Source of the DNA: Pirellula staleyi DSM 6068
Lineage (GTDB): Bacteria; Planctomycetota; Planctomycetia; Pirellulales; Pirellulaceae
Direction of reading: 5' to 3'
DNA length: 32,000 nucleotides
Assembly (NCBI GenBank): GCA_000025185.1
Contig: CP001848.1
Location: 3,270,001 to 3,302,000 of the forward strand
Below are positions 1 through 10,482 of the stretch, piece by piece. The notes under the pieces are model-generated. The model was not told where the DNA came from. It saw only the letters and a list, made by a program, of their open reading frames with translations, and made no database searches. A program made the position numbers and the translations under genes. Every line of letters starts with the position of its first letter. Positions within the stretch are counted from its first letter, which is position 1.

Positions 1-922
1 CCTCGGCGATTTGCAAAGCAAAGCCTTCGAGCCCGGGAGTGCCGCAACCAGTGGCGACCACGAACTTGGCATTCGGGGCATCGAAGTCCTTCCGCAGCGT
101 CTTGATCAGATGGACGAGGTTTTGCTCGTAGCGCCCAGCGTGCGCGGCGTTTTGATCTTTGTGACCTTGCCACCAGACGAAGCCAGCGACCTCATATCCC
201 TGACCCTTGTAGCCGGGATAGTATTTTTCCAGGTTCTTCAGAACTGCTTTGGCGTGCGCGGTGTCGGCGTCGTACTGACGGCCGGCATACCACGAAACCG
301 GTTTGGGCTCGGTCCCCTTTTCCCAGAAGTTGCTTACATCTTTGTAGCCGGCGTAGATCTTCCCTTCGTGTTCGAATCGCTCGCTGCCAGGGGGGAGCAA
401 GTCCCAGCCAAGGCTGCGGTTGCCGATGCACGCTTTCAGCAGCAGCACTGGTTCTTCGTGGAAAGTTCCCAGCACATGTCCAAACCCGAGTTCGGGTCCG
501 AACGATTTGTTGGGGGTGAGCCATTCGTTGCGGACATCGCCAAACTTTTCCATGTCCTTGTAGTCGACGCCGCGCTGATCCATCACATGAACGTAGCGCA
601 CATCTTGCCGCGTGGTCCAGGCTCCAGCGTCGTCGATGAGGTAGGGATACTTCCCTTTTTCCTTCACCATGTACTCGAGGGTGCCGTTGAGCTCTTTGGG
701 ACCGACCCGACCAAACCCGAGCATGTTCGATTGCCCGAGCATGATGTAGACCTTAATCGGCTTGGTGAGATCGGCCGGCTTTCCATCGGGGCGCGGCAGT
801 TGATGCTGGGCCGTGGTGTCGGGCGAGGGGGGCGCAGCGGGAGCTTGGGCTGGCTCCGCAGCGTGCATCAGGCTGGCGGCTGTGAGTAGGATGAAACAGG
901 CAAACGTGGCGCAGGACTTCAT
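1..922 (-). CDS. Secreted carbohydrate esterase, sialate O-acetylesterase-like (SASA/DUF303 family); C-terminal part lies outside the window
   Basis: Absent from the ORF track because it is open at the window edge. My translation of the minus strand from ATG 922-920 gives MKSCATFACFILLTAASLMHA (signal-peptide-like), then KVYIMLGQSNMLGFG and AGFVWWQGHKDQN. The GQSNM and W-QG motifs are typical of this esterase family. Plus-strand ORF 11..889 is its shadow. Confidence 0.75.
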   Translation of the reverse strand, partial: MKSCATFACFILLTAASLMHAAEPAQAPAAPPSPDTTAQHQLPRPDGKPADLTKPIKVYIMLGQSNMLGFGRVGPKELNGTLEYMVKEKGKYPYLIDDAGAWTTRQDVRYVHVMDQRGVDYKDMEKFGDVRNEWLTPNKSFGPELGFGHVLGTFHEEPVLLLKACIGNRSLGWDLLPPGSERFEHEGKIYAGYKDVSNFWEKGTEPKPVSWYAGRQYDADTAHAKAVLKNLEKYYPGYKGQGYEVAGFVWWQGHKDQNAAHAGRYEQNLVHLIKTLRKDFDAPNAKFVVATGCGTPGLEGFALQIAE

Positions 923-952
923 GGGATGTCGTTCCTCTGTTAGTTTCAGCGA

Positions 953-1765
953 GTGCATGCATGCAATTTTAGTCGCAGCGATTTCCTCTCTCTTGGCCCA
1001 AAATCGCATCCAGCCGTGAATCCGCGCATAGAACATCTCGTTTCATCCCTTTCGCAGCCTGTGTCGCAGGTGGAAATCGGCCTGCTAGAACGGCTGTTCG
1101 ACCGTGCGCCGGATGTCGCGTTCTTTGTGAAGGACGCAGCGGGACGCTACGTCGCGGTGAACGAGTCGCTCGTGGCTCGGCACGGGCTCAAAAGCAAGTC
1201 GCAAGTGATTGGCAAATGCCCGCGCGATATTTGCCTCGGCGATTTAGGGCGGATCCCGACCGAGCAGGACGAAAAGGTGCTCCGAACAGGGCGTCCGCTG
1301 ATCGACCACCTCGAAATGCAGTGGCACCGTCCGCACGATCCGGTCTGGTGCCTGACGACAAAGCTTCCCATGTTTGCTCCCGACGGCGGCGTGGTGGGGC
1401 TGATCGGATTTTCTCGCGACATTCGGGTCCAGGTCCCATCGCACGAAATTCCGAGCGGTTTTGCCAGCGCTCTCGAGCAGTTCGAACAGAGCCTCTCGCC
1501 CGAGGTGACCCCCGCCTGGCTTGCCAGTCGCTCGCAGCTGTCGCCACAGCGGCTCGCGCGGCTGACCAAGCGGCTGTTTGGGCTGACCCCCAACCAGTTC
1601 ATCACCAAGTCGCGCATCGCAGCTGCCTCCCGGATGCTGCGTGATTCGGGAGATTCGGTCGCGGAGATCGCCCACGCCTGCGGCTTTTACGACCACAGCG
1701 CCTTCACCCGCGCGTTTCGCTCCGCCACCGGCCTCACCCCCACCGAATTCCGCGCCAGGCCCTAA
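953..1765 (+). CDS. AraC-family transcriptional regulator with N-terminal PAS-like sensor domain
   Basis: PAS-like segment VAFFVKDAAGRYVAVNESLVARHGLKSKSQVIGKCPRD. C-terminal AraC HTH: LARLTKRLFGLTPNQFITKSRIAAASRMLRDSGDSVAEIAHACGFYDHSAFTRAFRSATGLTPTEFR. The start is uncertain: 953 is a GTG only 30 bp from the divergent esterase start, and the in-frame GTG at 1016 is an alternative. Confidence 0.85.
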   Translation: MHACNFSRSDFLSLGPKSHPAVNPRIEHLVSSLSQPVSQVEIGLLERLFDRAPDVAFFVKDAAGRYVAVNESLVARHGLKSKSQVIGKCPRDICLGDLGRIPTEQDEKVLRTGRPLIDHLEMQWHRPHDPVWCLTTKLPMFAPDGGVVGLIGFSRDIRVQVPSHEIPSGFASALEQFEQSLSPEVTPAWLASRSQLSPQRLARLTKRLFGLTPNQFITKSRIAAASRMLRDSGDSVAEIAHACGFYDHSAFTRAFRSATGLTPTEFRARP

Positions 1766-1932
1766 GCTATTACCAGATAAATGCTTGCCGCTTGCCGCAC
1801 AGTAAAAACGAAGGTCCGTTTTACACGATCAACAGGGGATTTTGGTTTCCACTCGGAAAACCGGGCTTCGGAGAGAGACTCCAAGCCACCAAAGAGAATG
1901 GGAGAGCCCTAAGCCCCCGCCACAAAAGAAAG

Positions 1933-2006
<74 letters not shown>

Positions 2007-2161
2007 ATGCTGTAAGTTGCTGACGGGGCTTGGTTTAGGCCAAGTCCTTGGCAACGCGGAAGGGGCGTGCAGAGGCACGACTTCCAGTAGCAAGACAACC
2101 AAGTTTACAAGAAAGTTCGCCAGCCGCAAGTGAGGATGGCAAGTTCGATGCCTGGAAGCTG

Positions 2162-2650
2162 TTAGGTCGGTTTGGGCGGCTTCTCGCCTGCTTTGAGCGA
2201 GCGTTTGAGCATCGGCTGGAGCTCGTCGACAAAGTCGCGCACATCCTTGAACTCGCGATAGACGCTGGCGAAACGGACGTAAGCCACCTGGTCGGTTTGG
2301 GCCAGCCGCGTCATCAGCATGCCGCCCAAAATGTGGCTGTCGACCTCGGTTTCGTAGTTGGCGTAAACCTCGCTCTCGATGGAGGCGACGATGGCGTCGA
2401 TTTGCTCGTCGCTGATCGGTCGTTTCCAACACGCTTTGGCGAGCCCTTCGCGAATTTTCTCGCGATTGAACGGCTCACGGACCCCGTTTTTCTTGACTAC
2501 CTTCACGCCCATTTCTTCGAGGCGTTCGTAGGTGGTGAAGCGGCGTTTGCAATTCAAGCATTCACGCCGACGCCGAATCGCGAAACCATCTTGGCTCGCG
2601 CGACTGTCGATGACGCGATCGTTATCGACTCGGCAGAACGGACAACGCAT
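2162..2650 (-). CDS. nrdR: Transcriptional repressor NrdR (Zn-ribbon + ATP-cone)
   Basis: MRCPFCRVDNDRVIDSR...CLNCKRRFTTYE zinc ribbon followed by an ATP-cone (VKKNGVREPFNREKIREGL...VAYVRFASVYREF). I moved the start from the ORF-track 2683 to ATG 2650, which gives the canonical MRCPFC N-terminus. Confidence 0.95.
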   Translation of the reverse strand: MRCPFCRVDNDRVIDSRASQDGFAIRRRRECLNCKRRFTTYERLEEMGVKVVKKNGVREPFNREKIREGLAKACWKRPISDEQIDAIVASIESEVYANYETEVDSHILGGMLMTRLAQTDQVAYVRFASVYREFKDVRDFVDELQPMLKRSLKAGEKPPKPT

Positions 2651-2962
2651 GGGATACCTGAGAACGAGAGGGGGCCACGCCATCTTCCACGTCGTGCGAA
2701 GATTGCCCTAGGGCGTGACGACCGCAAAAGCACTATACCCTGTGCCTGCTTGGTTAGGGAGGAGCGCTTTGAATTTCAGCTCGCGGCGAGGGACTGCGGC
2801 TGGCGAAAGTGGCCGTTTTTTCGCATTCCTTCGTTCTGCTCGCGCGACTCGCGTATAATTCGTGCAATCTGCAGTGCTCGAGGACGAACAACACCATAAA
2901 CCTTCCTCCATCGAACCTTCCCTGTCTTGCGATCGAGCGATGCACCACCGGAGCCACCTAGG

Positions 2963-3589
2963 ATGAAGTGCCCCAATTGTACGGCTGAAGTTTCAGAGAC
3001 GGCTGCCTTTTGTCAGAACTGCGGGTTCGCCCTGAAGGGGAAAGAACCGATGACGCCGGCCGACGAGTTTCGTCAGAAAGCGCAGCAGCGTAGTGCAGCG
3101 GAAGGGGATACCGAAAAAGATCTCTGGAACGGCAGCTTCTCCCCCAAGGCGATGTATGGCTACTGGCTGCTCGCCACCGTCATCACCGTGGCCAGCCTCG
3201 TGGTCTGCGTCCTCTTTCCACTTCCGCCGCTGATTTTCTTCATCGTGGTGGTCGACTTTGCGATTTGGCTCGGCATGGGTGCCTACTTGCTCTACCAGCG
3301 CATGGGAGTGGCCTATCACCTCACATCGCAGCGGCTGATTCACCATGTCGGCATCTTGCGTCGCGTGACGAACCGAATCGAGATGATCGACATCAACGAC
3401 GTTTCGTTCGAGCAAGGGCTCATCGAGCGGATGCTGGGGGTCGGGACGATCAAGATTCTCTCGAGCGACACTTCGCACCCGAGTTTGGTGATGCCGGGTA
3501 TCGACGACGTGAAGAAGATCGCCGCCATGATCGACGACGTGCGACGGGAAGAACGCCGCCGCCGCGGCATGTTCATCGAATCGATTTAG
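2963..3589 (+). CDS. Membrane protein with N-terminal zinc ribbon and bacterial PH-like (bPH_2/YdbT-like, DUF304) domain
   Basis: MKCPNCTAEVSETAAFCQNCGF zinc ribbon, then two hydrophobic helices (YWLLATVITVASLVVCVLF, FFIVVVDFAIWLGMGAYLL). These are followed by YHLTSQRLIHHVGILRRVTNRIEMIDINDVSFEQGLIERMLGVGTIKI, typical of bPH_2. A GGAG lies 9 nt upstream of ATG 2963. The ORF track extends to 2927. Confidence 0.75.
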   Translation: MKCPNCTAEVSETAAFCQNCGFALKGKEPMTPADEFRQKAQQRSAAEGDTEKDLWNGSFSPKAMYGYWLLATVITVASLVVCVLFPLPPLIFFIVVVDFAIWLGMGAYLLYQRMGVAYHLTSQRLIHHVGILRRVTNRIEMIDINDVSFEQGLIERMLGVGTIKILSSDTSHPSLVMPGIDDVKKIAAMIDDVRREERRRRGMFIESI

Positions 3590-3656
3590 TGGCGTGTTTC
3601 GCGCGGCCTCGTGCTGCGGAGCTACTGGCCAGTGCTGGCGACGACTGTCGCGGACT

Positions 3657-3685
3657 GAGTACCTCCGGTAGCTCGGCTACCGGTG
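3657..3685. repeat. REP-like palindromic element, copy 1 (perfect 8-bp stem CCGGTAGC-TCG-GCTACCGG with GAGTACCT flank)
   Basis: Its reverse complement aligns with 10381..10410 at 25 of 29 positions by my hand alignment. It lies between convergent genes (bPH protein and rpoN). A partial third match, GCGGAGCTAC, lies at 3616-3625. Confidence 0.6.
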
Positions 3686-3766
3686 TGACCCATGGATTTA
3701 GTATCGTGCGAGTGAGCGTGCCTGACGACTTCGTCTATCGATCCAAAGTCAGGTGTTTTTGGGTGG

Positions 3767-3789
3767 CACTGCTGGCTTGTCCAGCAGTG
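3767..3789. terminator. Stable hairpin 42 nt downstream of the rpoN stop (possible U-tract-less terminator or RNA stability element)
   Basis: CACTGCTGG-CTTGT-CCAGCAGTG, a perfect 9-bp stem with a 5-nt loop. On the plus strand a T5 run precedes it, so an A-run follows it on the minus strand. It is therefore not a canonical intrinsic terminator in either direction. Confidence 0.35.
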
Positions 3790-3830
3790 TGAATCGCAGC
3801 TGAGAATGACGTTAATCGCTAGACGGAGTA

Positions 3831-5315
3831 CTACGTCTTGCTCCAGTCGCGGCGCTGGCGACTGCTGGGAATTCCCATCTTTTGGCGATACTTGGTGACG
3901 GTTCGCCGGGCGACATTCAGCCCTTGCTTTTTCAGCTCTTCCACCAAGTCGTCGTCGCTCAGCGGCGCTTGCTTATTCTCTTTGTCGACGATCTCTTGCA
4001 AGCGAATGCGAATGATGTCCCAGGCGACATCGTCCCCCTCGGCCGTTTGCGTACCACCGACGAAGAACCGCTTGAGGGGAAAAATGCCGCGTGGTGTTTG
4101 AATGAATTTGTCGTCGACCGCGCGGCTGACCGTGGTGACGTGCACTCCCACTTTGTCGGCGATCTGCTGCATCTTCAAGGGCTCGATATGCTCGGGCCCT
4201 TCGTCGAGAAATTTCGTTTGGTGATCGACGATCGCTTGCGACACTTTCGTGAGTGTGCTGCGACGCTGTTCAATCGACTCAATCAGCCACTGCGCGGCGT
4301 TGATCTTGCGCTTGATGTACTCGCGCTCTTCCGGAGTCGCTGTGCCGCTGGCGAGTCGTTCGCGATAGTACTTGCTGATGTGCAGCGTGGGAGTGCGCGA
4401 CTCGTCGACTTGCACCAGGTACTGACCATCTTCGCCGCGCACCACCGCCACATCGGGAGTGACGTTGGGGACAAACGCTTCGGAGAAACCAGAGGCCGGT
4501 TTGGGATTGAGTTTGCGCAGCTCGCTCCACGCTTTTTGTATTCGATCGATCGAATAGCCGGTCGATTTTTGAATCAGCGGAAGTCGGTTATCGCGCAGGT
4601 CTTCGAGGTGGCTGGTGATGAGCGTTTTCAGCTCTTCGTACATGAACATGGTCGGCGTCAGCTGCAGCAGTAAGCACTCGCGCAGATCGCGGGCACCGAT
4701 GCCGGGGGGATCGAGCTGCTGAATGAGCGCGAGGGCTCGTTCGGCCAAAGCGATCTGTTCTTTGGTGGCATCGATCGGCAGCAGATCGCGCAGGCTGCTG
4801 CGGAAATAGCCTCCGTCGAGCGGATCGAGTGTGCTGATGATGCGTTCGGCCATCTGCATCAATTCGAGCGACAGATCCATCTCTCCCAGTTGATGCAGCA
4901 GATGATCTTGCAGCGACTCGGGGCGGTCGGCGACGTTCGAGATCACATCGTGAGCCCGGTCGGAATCTTCTTCCATCCGGTTCGACGAGCGGCGTGATTC
5001 GTCGAAGTAGTCGGGAACTTCGCGGTCGAGATTCAGCAGACGTTCGAAGTCGTCGGCGTTGTTATGCGCTTCGTCAACGACAATCGGTTTGTCGTCGACA
5101 TCTTTCTCGTTGGGCAGCTCGCGTTCGACTTGCTCGTCGGGGAGCGAAGGGTCGCGGTCGAGCATTTCCAGGAGCGGGTTTTCGGCCAGTTCCTGCTCGA
5201 TACGTTCCTGAAGCTCTTGCAGCGGAAGCTGCAGAATCTCCATCGACTGAATCATCCGGGGCGCAAGTTTTTGCACCTGGACTTGTCGAGCTTCGAGACC
5301 AAAAGAAAGACGCAT
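3831..5315 (-). CDS. rpoN: RNA polymerase sigma-54 factor RpoN
   Basis: N-terminal region I (QVQVQKLAPRMIQSMEILQLPLQELQERIEQELAENPLLE) and a C-terminal HTH plus RpoN box (ARRTVTKYRQKMGIPSSRQRR). Confidence 0.95.
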   Translation of the reverse strand: MRLSFGLEARQVQVQKLAPRMIQSMEILQLPLQELQERIEQELAENPLLEMLDRDPSLPDEQVERELPNEKDVDDKPIVVDEAHNNADDFERLLNLDREVPDYFDESRRSSNRMEEDSDRAHDVISNVADRPESLQDHLLHQLGEMDLSLELMQMAERIISTLDPLDGGYFRSSLRDLLPIDATKEQIALAERALALIQQLDPPGIGARDLRECLLLQLTPTMFMYEELKTLITSHLEDLRDNRLPLIQKSTGYSIDRIQKAWSELRKLNPKPASGFSEAFVPNVTPDVAVVRGEDGQYLVQVDESRTPTLHISKYYRERLASGTATPEEREYIKRKINAAQWLIESIEQRRSTLTKVSQAIVDHQTKFLDEGPEHIEPLKMQQIADKVGVHVTTVSRAVDDKFIQTPRGIFPLKRFFVGGTQTAEGDDVAWDIIRIRLQEIVDKENKQAPLSDDDLVEELKKQGLNVARRTVTKYRQKMGIPSSRQRRDWSKT

Positions 5316-5656
5316 GAGTGATGCCTACAGAAATTCCTTCTGAAGCCGCCTGAACATAATTTTGCGATACCAAAACTTCGGCCCGGTGGTGATCGACCAG
5401 CCGCGAGACCCATTTAGTCGCGAGGCTCAATCAGCCGGAGACCTTATCACTTGCGAGACCTTGCGTGCCTGGAGTGTGCCAGGCTCGAAAGTGCACTCAA
5501 CTGTAGGTCGCCATTGGACGCCTGTTGCCCGGTCGCAGGCATCCCCAGGGGTGCTGCGAGACAAGCGTCAAAGCCGTTACAACCGCTGCCAAAGTTCGTG
5601 TGTCGTTGCTGGTGTTTGCCACTGTTCTCGGAGCCTGCGGCCAACTGCGGCGCGAC

Positions 5657-6256
5657 TCAAAACTTCTGCCTCAGCGACAAGGCGTCGGCGAGAATTTCTT
5701 TGTTCGTATATTCCAAAATGCTGCCGGTCGTGATGCCGCGCGCAAGCCGCGTGATCTGGACCGGATACTCTGCCAAAAGGTTCGAAATGTAGAGCGCAGT
5801 CCCATCCCCTTCGACCGTGGGGTTTGTCGCCATGATGATTTCGCGGAACGTACCAGACCGCACGCGCTCGACCAAGGGATCAATCGTGAGCTGATCGGGA
5901 CCGACACCATCGAGGGGAGCGATTCGTCCGAGCAGTACGTGATACAGACCTTTGAAAATGCCGGCCTGTTCGAGGGCCATCAGGTCGCGCGGCTGTTCGA
6001 CGATGCAGAGGAGCGTTTTGTCGCGGCGATCGTCGCTGCAGATGGTGCAGGTGGGCCCTTCGGCCAGGTTGTAGCAAGTCGAGCAATACTGCACGCTTTC
6101 GCGGACGGCACGAATGGCATCGGCCAAGGCGAGGGCTTCGGATTTGTGGACCCGCAGAATGTGATACGCCAGACGCTCGGCCGATTTACGACCGATTCCG
6201 GGGAGTTTTGAGAACTCCTCGATCACCGTTGCGAGGGACTGCGTGACCTGGGCCAT
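5657..6256 (-). CDS. recR: Recombination protein RecR
   Basis: HhH motif LPGIGRKSAERLAYHIL, Cys4 zinc finger CSTCYNLAEGPTCTIC, and a Toprim segment LCIVEQPRDLMALEQAGIFKGLYHVLLG...IIMATNPTVEGDGTALY. I set the start to ATG 6256 (MAQVTQSL...) rather than the ORF-track 6325. Confidence 0.95.
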   Translation of the reverse strand: MAQVTQSLATVIEEFSKLPGIGRKSAERLAYHILRVHKSEALALADAIRAVRESVQYCSTCYNLAEGPTCTICSDDRRDKTLLCIVEQPRDLMALEQAGIFKGLYHVLLGRIAPLDGVGPDQLTIDPLVERVRSGTFREIIMATNPTVEGDGTALYISNLLAEYPVQITRLARGITTGSILEYTNKEILADALSLRQKF

Positions 6257-6361
6257 CTGCGACGATAACTCCTGCTTGCGTAGAGGGTTACGCACTCCGT
6301 AGAAGCACGCACCGAAACGGGGCAAGAGTATGGCGACAGACTTCGCTTACACAGGCTTCGC

Positions 6362-8509
<2,148 letters not shown>

Positions 8510-8608
8510 GACGAGGAGCAAGTTCCATTAGAAACGCGGAATTGAAGCCGCCACATGCCATCCTGTCACACGGTCACGGCTGTGCGCGTGACCGGAAATT
8601 CGTCGACG

Positions 8609-8730
8609 GTTCGGCCAACTGCGAAGAAGAGGCCCCCGCACAAGAGTACCTCGCTTATGGCTGCTCCTGTTACGGCCTGACCAGGTTCACGGCTCCCCCT
8701 CGCGAGGGCCCCTACTTCGCAGGTCCGAAC
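8609..8730 (-). ncRNA. ffs: Signal recognition particle RNA (small bacterial 4.5S type)
   Basis: The minus strand contains CCUGGUCAGGCC-GUAACA-GGAGCAGCCA, which matches the conserved helix-8 blocks GGUCAGG and AGCAGCC of E. coli 4.5S RNA. Long closing helices support the fold: GUUCGG/CCGAAC, CUGCGAAG/CUUCGCAG and GGGGCC/GGCCUC. It sits immediately upstream of dnaX, a common synteny. The ends are approximate. Confidence 0.75.
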
Positions 8731-8836
8731 TAGTCGAGTCCTGCAATGTACGATAGCCCCGCCTGCCCGTCAAACCGGGGGCCGGCAATTGCGGGGAGGC
8801 TCTCCCAACCGACAGCGGCGCCCAAAATCCCCAGCA

Positions 8837-9439
8837 CTAGCCGAGCTGACCATCCACCGCCAGTTGGTGGAAATAATGCGTCACTTTGTTCTGGTTTTCG
8901 AGCAGCCAGTCGATCGTCGGTTCGCAGTGCATCGCTTTGTGAATCGCTTTGGCGGTCGCTTCGCGGTTCACTTGCAGCAGCAGTTCGTAGTCGACATCGG
9001 TGGCGTCGACGATGCTCGGATCGAGCCAGACCGAAACGATGATGCCGAGATCGTTGGCTTTATGCTTTGGAATATCGCCGGCGCGAACCGCGTCGAGCAC
9101 ACCGTGGGCAATGCCTGCCTGCACGCTCCCCATCAGGATGTTGGTGTATTTGCTGCGCTTCACGGTCACTTTGCTGACCATCAGCGTGGCCGGTTTCACT
9201 TGCACGTCGCTGTTGAGGATCGCAAACACGCGCGAGTGCCCTTTGGCCTGATTGCCGAGCAGGTTGGCCATCGCAAACCCCACCGGGCCGTCGAGTTCGC
9301 CGATGATCACTTCAGGCTCGGCAGCCGACCAAGCGGGCTCCCCTTCGACGAGTGCCTCGCCGGTGCGCAGAATGATGCGCTCGCTAGCCAGGGGCTTGGT
9401 TTTCGACGACTTCTTGGCCGATTTCTTTTTCTTCGCCAT
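8837..9439 (-). CDS. fae: Formaldehyde-activating enzyme (Fae) family protein with Lys-rich N-terminal tail
   Basis: Blocks RTGEALVEGE, VIIGELDGPVG, KPATLMVSKVTV, GSVQAGIAHGVLDAVRAGDIP and DLGIIVSVW align by eye with Methylobacterium Fae ([60 protein letters not shown]). The ATG at 9439 is the only plausible start. Confidence 0.75.
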   Translation of the reverse strand: MAKKKKSAKKSSKTKPLASERIILRTGEALVEGEPAWSAAEPEVIIGELDGPVGFAMANLLGNQAKGHSRVFAILNSDVQVKPATLMVSKVTVKRSKYTNILMGSVQAGIAHGVLDAVRAGDIPKHKANDLGIIVSVWLDPSIVDATDVDYELLLQVNREATAKAIHKAMHCEPTIDWLLENQNKVTHYFHQLAVDGQLG

Positions 9440-9669
9440 GAGGATGCTCGATCGGTGAATGATTACGTGGAATTGGGTCGCGCGAGTTTGTCGATGGGCT
9501 CTTGCTCATCAGCGGCGCATCAAAACACAATCACTAGGTCGTCGCAAGTGGCTTAAGCTGGGCCACGAGCGGCGGCTCGGCGCGGCAGCTGATGCCGGCG
9601 CATCTCCACGACTCTCTCCACCTTGCTGATGGCTGGCGGCTATCGGCACTTGCCATAGGCCTCCTACTC

Positions 9670-10332
9670 ATGCTCCCCGAAAAGATCCTTCAATCTGCAG
9701 CCGATTTTGTACGCGAGCGATTTGCGCACGACAGCAGTGGTCACGATTGGCAGCACATCAGTCGCGTGCGGCAAATGGCGGTGAAACTCGCGGCGGAAGA
9801 AGGGGCCGATCTGTACGTGACCGAACTCGCGGCGCTGATGCACGACGTCGACGACTGGAAGCTCACCCCCGGCGCGTCGGCTGAGCATGCCGATAAAACC
9901 CCCGAAACTCGCCGGTTTTTGCAGTCGATTGCAGTCCCGCAGCCGGTGATCGATCAGGTGTGCGACATCATCACTCGGCTGAGCTTCAAGGGTGCTGGTG
10001 TTGCAACGCCGATGCATTCGCTCGAAGGGCAGTGCGTTCAGGATGCCGACCGGCTCGATGCGATTGGAGCGATCGGCATCGCTCGCGCGTTTGCTTATGG
10101 CGGCGCGAAAGGGAGGCAGATGATCGACGACACCGTCGAGCCCGAGATGCACGGCTCCTTTGAGTCGTATAAGAAAAACAAAGGCCCGACGGTGAACCAT
10201 TTCTACGAGAAGCTGCTGCTGCTCAAGGACCGGATCAACACCGAGTCGGCCAAGCGCATCGCCAATGAGCGGCACGAGTTCATGCAACTGTTCTTGCAGC
10301 AGCTGAGCGCCGAGTGTCGTGGCATTCACTAG
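9670..10332 (+). CDS. HD-domain metal-dependent phosphohydrolase (YedJ-like)
   Basis: Motifs HDWQHISRV...LAALMHDVDDWK...QDADRLDAIGAIGIARAF, which form an H..HD..D pattern. I set the start to ATG 9670 (MLPEKILQSAADFV); the ORF track extends to 9592. Confidence 0.85.
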   Translation: MLPEKILQSAADFVRERFAHDSSGHDWQHISRVRQMAVKLAAEEGADLYVTELAALMHDVDDWKLTPGASAEHADKTPETRRFLQSIAVPQPVIDQVCDIITRLSFKGAGVATPMHSLEGQCVQDADRLDAIGAIGIARAFAYGGAKGRQMIDDTVEPEMHGSFESYKKNKGPTVNHFYEKLLLLKDRINTESAKRIANERHEFMQLFLQQLSAECRGIH

Positions 10333-10380
10333 CGGGTGGTAAGAGGCGGAGCTTTTGAGCAGGCTCTTGCGGCTGCGCTG

Positions 10381-10410
10381 CCCCGGTAGCGGAGCTACCA
10401 GGGGTACTCC
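10381..10410. repeat. REP-like palindromic element, copy 2 (CCCCGGTAGC-GGA-GCTACCAGGGG + GTACTCC flank)
   Basis: An inverted-orientation copy of 3657..3685. The stem is 6 bp, one mismatch, then 3 bp. It again lies between convergent genes (HD hydrolase and the ABC-2/CPBP permease). Confidence 0.6.
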
Positions 10411-10482
10411 AAGCGATGAGTGCAATTCTTCGAGTGCTGCTGACGAATTTTCAGGAACAAGCGGATCAGCCCCGAGAATTGT

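Noticed and set aside
11-889. 292-aa plus-strand ORF at the left edge
   Set aside because: It is the shadow of the minus-strand esterase gene. Its translation has no motifs, whereas the opposite strand gives a signal peptide plus GQSNM and WWQG esterase motifs.
2854-2859. TATAAT hexamers at 2854-2859 (upstream of the bPH gene) and 16335-16340 (upstream of phoH)
   Set aside because: Both are perfect -10-like boxes, but neither has a credible TTGACA-like -35 at 16-18 bp spacing. Planctomycete promoter rules are also poorly known. I did not call them as features.
6257-6361. Possible ybaB/ebfC between dnaX and recR
   Set aside because: The gap is only 105 bp and contains no ORF, so the gene is genuinely absent from this position.
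8542-8733. 63-aa plus-strand ORF upstream of dnaX
   Set aside because: The SRP RNA on the opposite strand explains this region better, because it carries the conserved helix-8 blocks and long complementary stems.
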